From Narcine bancroftii (Eukaryota), in the NCBI RefSeq assembly GCF_036971445.1, contig NC_091471.1, positions 295,554,001-295,618,000 of the forward strand: 64,000 nt of DNA, written 5' to 3'. Positions 24,811 through 37,500 of the stretch are shown in pieces; positions within the stretch are counted from its first letter, which is position 1; each line of letters opens with the position of its first letter. The notes beneath the pieces are model-generated. The model was not told where the DNA came from and made no database searches. It saw nothing but the letters and a program-made list of their open reading frames with translations. Made by a program: the position numbers and the translations under genes.

Positions 24811-27800
24811 TTTCAGGCCTGAGACTTTCCTCAAGATATTATATCATCCAAGATGTCATTCTTCTTCAAAGAAAACGCGACTTCCCTCAACTACCATCCA
24901 ACTTGGTCCTAACCTACATGTATATACCATTACCTGCACATCTGCCTCCGTCCTCACAGTCAGCCATGACAGTATTCCCCTTGTCTTCACCTACCACTTC
25001 ACCAGTGTCATAGATGCTTCCATGCATGTGTCAGGGGTAGAGCCGGTCGCCGCTGGTGACGTATCCGGCACAATGTGCGAGAGTAGTAATACGCATGCAT
25101 GGGTCAGAATGGGGGTGCATACACCGTGATGGATCGCACACATGTGCAGGATTGCAGGAGGAGGAGATTGGAGCATCACGGTCACCCATGTGGCTGAGAG
25201 CCAATGAAAAGAGCAGGAGGGCTTTGCTGGGTGATGTTTGATGGGGAGAAAAAACTGCTGTAGTGTCTGAGAAAATTAAAGAAGGTCGACACCATTTTGT
25301 GCTGAAGAACGAGTGAGTTTTTTTAATTGTGTGCATATCGTATAACTTATAGACGCTACAAGTGGTGACCCTGAGGGTTCACAGCACTTTCTAAGTAAAA
25401 ATGGAATGCGATGAGTATAAACTAATTACAGGAACAATCACAGAGATTCAGATTGAGGTCCCCCCCCCCACCCTTTTATCAACAATGCACTGGCATGGTT
25501 CACAATCATCGAGGCATGTTTCTCCTCACTCATTGGATGTCGGAAAAAAAAGTTCGGCCTCCTTGTGGCGCCACTCCCAGAACAGATTGCCTGTGAAGTG
25601 GAAGATGTTCTTGTTAATCCAGTGAATAACTTCCCATACGGCATCCTAAAGGCTGATATTTTGGAGCAAACTCAGCTGTCCCAGGAGTCTCGTATTGCTG
25701 AACTGGTGGCCAACAGCATCCCAGGTGATAGGAAGCTGTCATAAATGCTGAGAAGTTGGCACTTGCTAGCTAGAGAAGAGCATATTGAAGGATGGAAGCA
25801 GAGATTCCTCCGATGTTTTCCTCCTCAAATTCAGGGACACCTAATAAGTGTCTTTCAGGCATCCACCCTTGAAGAATTAGCAAGATATGCCAACCTCATT
25901 ATGTCCACAACCTCTTCAGTGCAGCTAGAGGCATTGACCACTGCCCAGGAGAAAACCAAGCTAGAGCAACAAGCTACAGCATCCAGTCAGCAGAAGACAA
26001 GTGAGATGGAGCAGCAAATGGTAGCACTCACTGTGCAAGTCCAGGCTTTGACCACCCAACAGAATTACTCCCATTGGCCTAGTTGGAATCGCGCAGGTCA
26101 AAGATATGGGAGAGGCAACGGGTGGAGTATTTGTTGGAAGCACCAGAAATTTGGCGCTGCCATCTGGTCATGCCAGCCACCTTACAACTTCTACAAAACA
26201 GCAAGCAGGAAATGACCAGGCCCAGCAATAGAGGCAACTGCTGCTCATGGGCAACTCAGTCACCGCTTTTCCTCAAAGACCATCTCTCTTGTTTTCAATT
26301 TCATGTTGATTACAGTGCAGACATTTCTGTGGTCCTTCTGAAGAATGCAGACACCCTAATATGTCATCTGTTCTGTCCATCACAAATTATTCCCATTCAG
26401 ACAGAGCCAAAGGTTACTCATTCTGGATTTGTCTCAACAAACCATTCCAGTAGGTTTTTGCAATTGCTAATGTAGCGAATTCCATCACGGGGACGGATTT
26501 TCTGTCTCTTTTTTCACTGCTGGTGGATTTGAAGAATCACTGTGTATGAAAGTGAGCTGCATTTGTTGTCCCTCAAACATCATCTCCACCAGATGAGTCT
26601 CCAACCTAGCTCCTGCCCATTCCACGCATTACTCAACTTCTTCCTTTGCTTGGGGACCCCAGCATATCTCCATGGTGACATCAAACATGCGGTGACCCAC
26701 CACATAGAGACCAGTTGCAGATTGTCCCCAGATCATCTTAAAATTACAAAAGTGGAAATCGAGCACATGAAGAAGCTGGGAATAATTTGTAGATCTGGGC
26801 TTCACCACTACACATGGCCCTGAAGAAGTCTCCAAGGGATTGGCGGCTATGTGGGATTATCATGCTCTGCTCCATCATTCCTGACTATGACAACATTCTC
26901 ATTTTACTGGATTTCTCAGTAAACCTGCTCTGCAAACATGCATTTGCAAAGATAGACCTAGTGCGCCCCTACTACCAGATGGTTAAGGTTATGGCTTGCT
27001 CTAATAGCATAAAACATGAGCTGGGATTTTTAAAAAGTAATTTCCTTGTTTGAAATCCATTTTCCTCATCATCCTCAACACAGCTAAATGTACCAGGCTG
27101 GTACCAGGCAGGAAAGGGGAGAGAACTGAAGTCCTATTTGCACAGGTGAGGGGGAGTCTTGACCGCAATTAGTTCTGGCACTGAGATTTGGCCTTAAACG
27201 TCAGCCATTCAGCACTGAGTTACTGCAGGCAGGACAGTCTGCATTCAGGATGGGGTTTACATCAATGAAAGGGAATTTATCACAACCCAAAAGAAGGTGG
27301 CACATGGACCCTGAGGCAGGGTCCGTGCTGGGACAGGGTCTCCACCCCATCACCAGACTCCACCACATCACCAGGTTCCACCCAATCACAGGTATTTATA
27401 TGGACTCTCCAGCCCTTCCAGTCTGCCACTGAACATACTGGTCTTAACGCTTTCCCAGTTCTGATGAGGTATCACCAAACTGTTTCTTCCCCTGCAGATG
27501 CTGCTGAACCCGCTGAAAACACCAAGTAATTTCTCATTTTATCTTGGATGTCTATTATATGCATTCTTGGTTTGCAGTGACAAATGGGCTGTTTCCCCCT
27601 CCTGTGAGAGAAGGAAGTACCTAGTCTGAAAGGTAGCACCTCTGACAATGCTCATCTCCCTTAGCACTGCATTTGTGTCTGACAAAAGACTACGACTTGT
27701 AAGATCTCCCAATTTTATTTAATTCAGGATAATGTGGAGAAACCACATCTCGGGAGCCTCTAAAGGGTTAAACTTTCACAAACTACGTGTAGTTTGAGGC

Positions 27801-28169
27801 AAGGAACTGTGAATACAAACATTAGGTGTAACAAGCACGCCCTCTTCATATTACTGGAGTGCTTCTCCAATACTCCTGATGAAAAAGAAGCAGTGAGGAT
27901 TGAGCCCTGTCTGAAACAAAGGTCACCAAGACCTTTGTAAATTCAAGAACTTCTGGAAACAAGAAAGAGTCTCAAACTCTCTGAATTTTTCATTTTTTAC
28001 AAACGTTGAACCTTCTCTTACAAAGATTTAGATTAATGCTGTTCCGTAATTTAATTTGAACTTTTAATTGCATATTTAATTATTTTGCCTGAAGTCCCTG
28101 ACATAATTTCAATTTGTTTTTGACATTTGATTTATTTACAGTTAATGTGAGTCTTGCGCGAGGAAGCTC

Positions 28170-28529
28170 ATGGCTGAAGCCACGACAGATTCACCGAGAA
28201 TAACCTTCTCGCTCTGGGATTATGTCCTCTTTGCTGGGATGTTCACAGTCTCCATTGGGATTGGAGTATTTTTTGCTGTTCGCCATGGTGGGAGGAAGAA
28301 GGTGGATGAATTTTTCACAGGAGGAAGACAGATGTCAGCCCTACCTGTGGGTCTGTCTCTCGCTGCCAGCTTCATGTCAGCCATTCAAGTGCTTGGAGTT
28401 CCCGTAGAGGTATACACCTATGGAGTCAAGTTTGTGCAGATGTGCCTGGGCCAAACACTGAATGCAGTACTCACTGCCTATCTTTTCCTGCCCATCTTCT
28501 ATCGTTTGAGAATAACCAGCACCTATGAG
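28170..28529 (+). CDS. SLC5A5: First coding exon, copy B (closest to the NIS consensus), 120 codons
   Basis: [24 protein letters not shown]...[12 protein letters not shown]...[13 protein letters not shown]...ITSTYE then GTAAGT donor at 28530; acceptor-like AG at 28140-28141. Confidence 0.9.
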
Positions 28530-31500
28530 GTAAGTGATTTCACACCTTCTGCAATAAGCAATTAAATCTATAAGTTCCTCTTGTAAATTAATTTCTGAAA
28601 TGTCATTTCTACAAGACATATTCTTATCTGACTCGTACACAATACAAGAGCCTTACAGAAAATAATTTAAATGTATTCACCCTACTGTTGGTTTATGTGT
28701 GTACAGCAAACTTTCATGAAAGCAACATGCTAATGTGCAGAAAATTCATTTTTGATGATGGGTCATGTTCTTCTTTAGCTTGGCTTCGCGGACGAAGATT
28801 TATGGAGGGGTAATGTCCACATCAGCTGCAGACTCGTTTGTGGCTGACAAGTCCGATGCAGGACAGGCAGACATGGTTGCAGCAGTTGCAAGGGAAAATT
28901 GGTGGGTTCGGGTTGGGTGTTGGGTTTTTCCTCCTTTGTCTTTTGACAGTGAGGTGGGCTCTGCGGTCTTCTTCAAAGGAGGTTGCTGCCCGCCGAACGG
29001 TGAGGCGCCAAGATGCACGGTTTGAGGCGATATCAGCCCACTGGTGGTGGTCAATGTGGCAGGCACCAAGAGCTTTCTTTAGGCAGTCCTTGTATCTCTT
29101 CTTTGGTGCATCTCTGTCTCAGTGGCCAGTGGAGAGCTCACCATATAACATGATCTTGGGAAGGCGATGGTCCTCCATTCTGGAGATGTGACCTACCCAG
29201 CGCAGTTTGATCTTCAGCAGCGTGGATTCGATTCTGTCGGCCTCTGCCACCTCGAGTACTTCGATGTTGGAGATGAAATCGCTCCAATGAATGTTGAGGA
29301 TGGAGCGGAAACAACGCTGGTGGAAGCGTTCTAGGAGCCGTAGGTGATGCCGGTAAAGGACCCATGATTCGGAGCCGAACAAGAGTGTGGGTATGACAAC
29401 GGCTCTGTATACGCTAATCTTTGTGAGGTTTTTCAGTTGATTGTTTTTCCAGACTCTTTTGTGTAGTCTTCCAAAGGTGCTATTTGCCTTGGCGAGTCTG
29501 TTGTCTATCTCGTTGTCGATCCTTGCATCCGATGAAATGGTGCAGCCGAGATAGGTAAACTGGTTGACCGTTTTGAGTTTTGGGTGCCCGATGGAGATGT
29601 GGGGATGGGGATGGGGATGTGGGGATGGAGATGGGTCATGTATTGGTCTTTTAAACACCTCTGAGGTCCTCTAATCTTGGTCAAACCCAGATGCATCTGC
29701 TGTGCTAAAATCTATTGCGTAGGACCCAATTCCACAATTTTCTTTGTATGGTCAGTATTCTGATGTGTGGCACCCTTCATCAATGGAATCATTTCCTACA
29801 CATATACCCTGTTCATTGAGTTTTCTTGCTCTGAAAGGATGAATCAGTTAAGGGCACCATGGTTACTAACATTCAGATCTGCCTGACTGACACCCTTTGC
29901 ATTGGCTCCCTCTACTTTTCACTCTTCATATCTTTTTAAACAATTATTGAATTTGGTTCAGAAATAATGAATTGTGTTTCATTATGTTTGTGGTGTAGAG
30001 GTCCATCTTTTGATCAGTCAATATCAACATCCTTAAAACCCTTCCTCTGTCAGTCTGATAATAGGAATGGAATGCAAGTTTTTGAGGTGTTTCTGATGAA
30101 TGAAGAGGCTTGGAAAGCAGGGGCGTGGCATGATGGTGTAGGTGGGAGATGTGAGGAAGACACCTCTGCACCAGAATTATTTAAAACCCAATTTTAAAAA
30201 AATCTTTCATAAAACAACAGCATTAAAACTTTTTTGAAACAAGTGATAACAGGAATTAGGAGAAGAATTAAGGGACAGACAGTGAAAAAAAATGACTTCG
30301 AAGCAAGCAACAAGTACAGATGAATTTAGGCCTACCTTAGAAATGGATCCTGGAGACTTGCTTCCTCTTCCTCCATGATCGACTGAAAGTCCTGACAAAG
30401 ATCCAGGCAACACCAGCGCCACTTTCCTGGGTAACCAAGGAAGATGGCACTAGAAAATGACAACTTCATCTTCTTGAGTCATAGGATCAATCAAGGATGC
30501 GTGAATTTCTCTGCATGGACGCGACACAGGCTGCAACTCTGCCTGTGGGGGGGGTGCCGAACCTTGGCAGCCCAGTACTGCTGGACTGCCAGGGGAGAGG
30601 CCTAGACCCTGTACACGGGTCGAGCAAGCACCTACATCGACTGAAGAGGAAGAAGAAAATGTCAGGACCTTACCAGCAATAGAGGAGGAGGAGACATTGC
30701 TACATCAGGGTAGGCCTCTATCTTAATATGTGGCTGAAGGTAAAGTTGGAGCTTCTACAATTCCTTATTATGTGGATCCATCAAGCCAATTAGACACATT
30801 ATCAAAACATTAAAAATTGATTTAAACATTATCAACCCAAATGAGTCAGGGTTTTATATCTGTTAAAGATCAATTTGAAACAAGATTTAGTTTGACTGAA
30901 GAAATTATTACTATTAAGACTGATGTTTCAAAATGTGCAAAGATGGTGGATAAAATGCAGATTAAATTTCAGAAAATTGAAGAAGATTTTCAAGATTGTC
31001 AAGAAGGTAAAGATACGGTTGGCAAAATCAAAGATTCTTGGGAAGTTCAGAGTAATGACTTATTGAAAAAAATGATGTCTTGGAAAATCAAAGTCGCAGA
31101 AATAATGTGAAAATTGGTGGGTTTGCCTGAAGATTTTGAAGTTTCCAATCCAGTACAGTTTTTTCAGAAATGGATTCATGAGTTTTGGGAAAGGAATATT
31201 TTCCAAATGGTTTGGAGTTGGATGGAAATCATAGAGCTATTAGGAAGAAGCTTTTTCCAGGTCATCCATCACGCTCTATTCTAACTATGTGTTTATGTTA
31301 TCAAGATAAGGAAATGATTTTGAAAGTTGCAGTACAAAATGCAAGAAAACATTAGACCCCTTTGCTGGTCAGAAATAATAGCATATTTTTTAATGCAGAT
31401 CTGAGTCAAACTATTATTAAACGTCGCAACCCTGCCAAGAACGTGTTATGGAAAAAGGGTTATAAATTGGCTTTTAGAAACCTTGCTACACTCAAGGTCT

Positions 31501-34500
31501 TTTATGGAGAATTGCAATCGCAATTCTTTGCTGATGAAGACAATGCTCTTCTATTTGCTAATTCACATAATAAACACAAGGGGAGTCAAGATCAGTCTTT
31601 CCAACAAATGAAGTCGGCTCAAGAAAAGAAAATGGTTCACAGAAGGTGGAACGTCATGAACTAACTGAAATTGATATTGATGATCATCAAGTTAATAGAG
31701 ACTTGGAGGCAGCTTATCATACTGAAACGTTACTTATTACTCTTGGTTTTTTTTATTGTTCTGTTCAAGGGAGGTGATTTTGTTTATTCCTCCTTCCAAA
31801 GTTGTTGGCTACTTGGTGGCATTGGTCACTTCCCATAAAATAGAGGGGGGGGTGTGGGTAGTACTGCTTAAGTGGTGATGATTTTTTTCTTTTGGGGTTT
31901 TTTTCTCTCTTTTCTATTGAGGAGATGTATTTTATTTTGCAAACAGCCATGGATTGGAATCCCATCATTGCGGGTGGTGGGAATTTGATGTTTACAGTAT
32001 CAAATATGTTGACGATGAATTTGAATTTTGCGACATTTAATGTTAACGGACTCAACCATCCAATGAAGAGAAAGAGGGTTTTGGCTTGTATAAAGAAAAT
32101 GAAAGTAGATATTGCTTTTTTATAATAGGCTCATTTGACTGAGAAGGAACATCAAAAGTTAAAAAGAGATTGGGCTGGCCAAGTTATAGCTTCTTCTTTT
32201 AATTCGAAAGTGAGAGGTGTTGCTATTTTGGTTAATAAGTTGCCTTTTAAATTAGAATCAGTTATTAGTGATTCAGCTGGTAGACCTCTTGTTGTAAATT
32301 GTCATATCTATTGGACTTCTGGGCTCTTATGAATAGTTATGCTCCAAATGACAAGACATTTATTCAAGATTTCTTTTTTTAAATTTGGTGCAAGCATATG
32401 AAAATGTGAAGATTTTAATTGTTGCTTAGATCTATTATCAGGTAAATCTCTGAAAACAGTGACCTGAACTAAAATGGCAAAATGAATTTAATCATTAATG
32501 AAAGAAATGAATTTCGTTGATATTTAGAGAAGATTGAATCCTAAGAAGGGTTATTCATTTTACTCTTTCCGATATGATTCTTATTCTAGAATAGACTTTT
32601 TTTTAAATTATCGGCTCAATTGCAAGGACGTATAGTAACTGTTGAATATAAGAGTAGAATATTGTCAGATCATTCACTTTTAATAATACCATGTATAGTT
32701 TCTGAAAAAATAGATACTACTTATAGCCTGCTGGTGGATTTGAAGAGTCCACTGTGCTGTGGACTGTAGCATTTGTACGAAAGTGAGCTGCATTAGTTGT
32801 CCCTCAAACGTCATCACGCGCCTGACAAGTCTCCAACCTAGCTCCTGCCCATTCCGTGCATTGCTTCCTTTGTTTAGAAACCCCCATCAAATATGCAGTG
32901 ACCCACCACATAGAGAACCAAGGTCCTCCAGTTGTAGCACATGCACGTAGATTGTCCCCAGATCGACTTAAAATTGCAAAAGCAGAATTTGACCACATGA
33001 AGGAGTTGAGAATAATTTGTAGATCTGGGCTTCACCGCTGCATATGGCCCTGAAGAAGTCTCCCAGGGATTGGCGGCTATGTGGGGATTATCATACTCTG
33101 CTCCACCATTCCTGACTATTACAACATTCCCAATTTTTCAGGATTTCTCAGTGAGCCTGCTCTGAAAACGTATTTGCAAAAATAGACCTGGTGCACACCT
33201 ACTATCAGATTCCAGTGGAACCTTCTGATATTGCCAAGACAGCAGTAATTACTCCTTTCGGCACATTTGAATTTCTTCAGAAGCCATTTAGTTTTCAGAA
33301 TGCAGCTTAGACATTCCAGTGGTTTATGGACTGCATACGCTCCAGCCTCAATTTTGTGTATATTGATGATATTCTTGTGGCAAGCATGGATGAGGAAGAA
33401 CACAAGCACCATGTTACGACACTGTTTCAGAGATGCGATGAATTTAGCATTGTAATCAATCCAACTAAATGCGTTTTTGGTGGTGCTACTGAACTTATAT
33501 TTTTGGAACATAAAGATACCAGGCATGTACCTTACCAGATTAAATGAAGGTGCAAGGAATTCAAGATTTTCCTACTCCCAATTAAAGTGTTTTTTTAGGG
33601 ATGATGAAATTTCTTCCACTGTTTCCTGCCAAATGGAGCAGCATCTCTCTTACCCCCTAACTGACCAACTTAAGGGGATCCAATAAATCAGCTTCTCAAA
33701 AAACACTGAGTCTGGGCAACAATGCTGTTCATGCTTTCAACAATGCTTGTACACTAGAAGCCTGATGCCCTGTTCTCTCTTACCATGGATACCTCTGTCA
33801 GTGCCGTGGAAACAGTGTTAGAACAAAGAGTCAGTGGGAGGTTGGAACCTCTGGCTTTGTTTACAGCCAAGCTGTCACTGGTTCAGGCAAAATGCAGCAC
33901 ATTTAGGTGAGAAGTCATAACCATCCAGTGAAGCCTTTCTGTTACCATTTATACAAACCACCAGTCTCTTACACATACAATGTGAATGAGTGCACACCAC
34001 TACTCAGCACTTGGATTTCACTTTACAATTTTCCTTGGACGTGTGGCACATCCAAGGGAAGGCAAATGCGGTGGCTGACGCCCTGTCCAAGCGCGACATA
34101 GATGCCTTACATATGACAACTACCATCGATTTCACTGCCATGGCTCATGCCCAACACACCAAACCCGATCGCACTGTCAAATCAAAAGATCAACACAGGT
34201 CTCCATTTAAAAGACATATGCCTGGGTGACTCAGGTGAAATATTAACTTGTGACTTTTCACACAAGGAGGCCTCAGCTTTTTGTACTCACAACAATGCAG
34301 TGGGAGATTTTCAGTGCCATGCATAACCTATCTCACAAGGCAGGAGAGCATCGATCAAGCTGATTTCAGAACCGTTTACTTGGCCTTGTGTTAAGCAGGA
34401 TGTCTGATTATGGGCAAGTGCTGCTTGCCGTGTCAATGCTCTAAAGTCAACAGTCACACGAAATACAAATGGAGACTCTTCTATTACAGATTCTCATTTC

Positions 34501-37500
34501 GATCACGTACACCTGGACTTGGTCAGTCCGCTTCTGCCATCCAGAAGATATAGTTATCTACTCATGCATGAGGACTGAGCTACTAGGTTGCAAGATGCTA
34601 TTCCTGTCACCAACATCTCTGTGAAGACTGTCATTCAGGCATTTGTAGATCATTGGGTGCTAGCTTTTGATGTTCCAGTCACCATTACAACAGGCCAAAG
34701 GACTCAGTTCAAGTCAGCATTGTTTCAAGCTCTCACTGATCTTTTGGGCACCTCCCGAATTCGGACTAACTCTACCATCCGCAGGCCAACGTGGAGGTTT
34801 ACCACTGAAAAGTAGAGAAGTAATTGAAAGTAGCATTGACAGTGGGTGACGATGCATCTCAGTAGACCAAACGCTTCCTCATGGTCCTCCTCGGCATGCA
34901 TACTGCCGTAAAAGTAGACCTTGGTTGTTCAGCAACAGAAATAGTATATGACACCATGTTGACTCTGCCTGGTGAATTTCTTAATCCAAGTCTGGGAACA
35001 ACACTATATGATCCCTCGAATTATGTCATCCATCTACAGGAAAGCATAGTTGCTCAGACCAACATCCACATGAAATGCTTCACCTGCAATGTATGTGCCG
35101 AATTATTTACAACACTGCATGCATGTGTTCATTTGACATGACACTGTCCGCTGACCACTTCAGCCTGTTCACATCAGCCCTAACGAAGTCGCACAATGTA
35201 CCTGAAAACTTTTGTGTTCTGGAGAAATTCAAAACCTGGCACTGTCTCCATTGACCGCATGAAGCTGGTGTCTATCGATGGTCTGCTTTCTTCATTGCTG
35301 CCAAAGTCAAAAGATCAGCTACACCTCTGCCAGTTTGAACTTAACCGGACTAAGTCAGGCTAAAATATCTGCCCTCCAGACTGTTACATAGTAGTCAATC
35401 ACCTCCTCGCAGAGCTTTGGGGCTGAGCAGGGGAGCTATCATGGTCGCATACTTGCGTGAGTCGGGTGAGAGCCAGTCACCAGTGGTGACGTATCTGGAT
35501 CAATAAGCGAGAGTAGCAATGGTCTCTTGCACCAGCAAATTGGAGGAACAACACCTTATCATCCATAAAAAAGAGAAGCAGAACTAGGCCATTCAACTCA
35601 TCAAGTCTACTCCATGATTTAACCATGAGCTGATCTATTTTCCCCACTATCCAGCCTTCTCCTCATAACCTTTGATGTGCTGGCTAATCAAGAACCTATC
35701 AATCTCTGCCTTAAATACATCCAATGACTTGGCCTCCACAACCGCCTGTTGCAACCAATTCCACAGATTCACCACTCCTGGCTGAAGAAATTCCTCTGCA
35801 TCACTGTTCTGTGAATGCCCCTCAATCCCGTCTGTGCACCCTCCAACCATATGGCATTAACATCAACTTCTCTAGCTTCTGATAGCCACCCCACCCTTCC
35901 CTATATCTACCTTTCCCCTGCCCTAATTTATCTTTTCCTTTAGCTGTCTTTCTCTTTATTCCCTTTCCCTCTGACTCCTTTCCCCCAGCTCTGCATTCAC
36001 AGGGTCACCTCCTCCCCCAATCAACTCTCACCTTTCCTCTCCTGTCCTCCCATCTATATCCAATTATCGCCTTTTGTCTATTGGTCTCTGCTCCTCTTTC
36101 CTCCCTCTCCCCAACTTTTTTTTATTTCAAGGCCCACCTGCTTTTTGCTCATGCCTTGAAGAAGGACTTGGGCCCAAAGTGTCAGTTATACAGTATAGGT
36201 ACTCCCCAACTTGCGACCTATGCAACTTGCATCCATCCACACATTTGTTTAAAAATATAAAGAAAAAAATATAAAGTTTACACGGTTTATGTTGCATTTG
36301 ACAAACTATAACAGGAATACAGGGAACGTAAGAACCAAAATGTCCACACTTATCTTGTTAGTCAGTGTCCCTGGGTCCGTAGGCTGGGTGCAGCCATCTT
36401 GATTCCTGTGCTTATGCAGGATTCTTCGTTTGGTGCATGCATGGTGGATTCACGTATTAGAGTTCGGTTGCATGCACAAGAGTTAAGGGCACAAATTCAA
36501 TATCGTCAGGGCACTTAACTCTCATGCTGAATTCATCCAGCATTTCGGTATTTTTACTAAAATCCAGCTCTGCAGACTTTTGTATTTCACACTATTAGTT
36601 TCAAGGTAATTATGGAAAAGCATTGGACTGTAAGTCTGGTTGTGATGCTAAATAGGAGATAGTCCAACTTTGGAAATATAAGAAAGATCTGGCAAGAATA
36701 GATTGGGACGGGTGTTTACTGGGAAAGATCTGGTTGGTAAGTGGGTGTTCTTCAAAGAGGAAATTTTGAGAGCACAAAGTTTGACTGCTCCTGTCAGGAT
36801 TAAAAGCAAGACTCCAGGTAAAAGGGCCTTGTGTTTTGAAAGTTATTGCAGTCTTGATTAAGAAGGAGGAGGAGGTGCATAGCAGGTATAGGCAGGAAGG
36901 AACAAACAAGATACTTCAGAAGAAGAAATGCAAGAAAACAAGGAGGAAGAAAATGAAGAGGGCCAGAGGAAGGTTTGAAGTTGCTCTGCTAGATAAGGTG
37001 AAGGAAAATCCCAAAGGTTTTCTATAGATATACAAAGAGCAAAAGAATAGAAATGGACAAAATTGGTCCACTTCAATGCATGGAGCCAAAAGAAATGGAA
37101 GGGATCTGAAATAGATTTTTTGCATCTGTATTTACTCATGAGATGGACACAGTCTACAGAAATGAGGCAAAACAGCAGTGAGGTCATGGAATCTATACAG
37201 ATTACAGAAGAGGAGGTCCTTGCTGCCTGGAGGTAAATAGGAGTGGGTCAATCCACAGGGCCTGAAAAGATTCTCTCTGACCTTCAGGGAGGCTAGTGTA
37301 GAGGTTGTAGGGGCCCTAGCAGAAATATTTAAAATGTCCTTAGCCACAGCTGAGATACCAGAGGATTACATGATACCTAATGGCATTCTGTTATTTAGAA
37401 AGGCTCTAAAAAATAACCTGAATAATTATAGACCAATGAGCCTGATTGCAATGGGTAAGTTATTTATGGATACATAAATATTTGGATAGCCAGGGACTGA

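Larger units (their letters stand above)
20874..33210 (+). repeat. Tandem segmental duplication: unit A 20874-26980, unit B 26981-33210
   Basis: 20874-23183 aligns with 26979-30119, and 26517-26980 (Gypsy RT) aligns with 32727-33210. Unit B additionally has an RTE insertion, an L1 5' half and a ~3.3 kb deletion. Confidence 0.88.
25006..35520 (+). mobile_element. Gypsy/Ty3 LTR retrotransposon, degenerate, split by the duplication; 5' LTR 25006-25360, partial 3' LTR 35437-35520; nested in a Penelope-like element
   Basis: LTR TGT...ACA followed by PBS TGGTGACCC (tRNA-Trp-like); gag CWKHQKFG..SCQPP; protease VDYSADIS; RT KIDLV..YYQ and VYIDDILV; integrase at ~34300-35000; purine tract before 35437. 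Confidence 0.85.

Noticed and set aside
20874-33210. Duplication as a false haplotype/assembly duplication
   Set aside because: The units differ by many substitutions and indels and by copy-specific insertions, one with a clean TSD, and join at a defined breakpoint. Read-level confirmation is still desirable.
25006-35520. Gypsy-mediated capture (transduction) of the SLC5A5 exon
   Set aside because: The RT segment is itself duplicated on both sides and intronic DNA is included; a tandem duplication explains the layout more simply.
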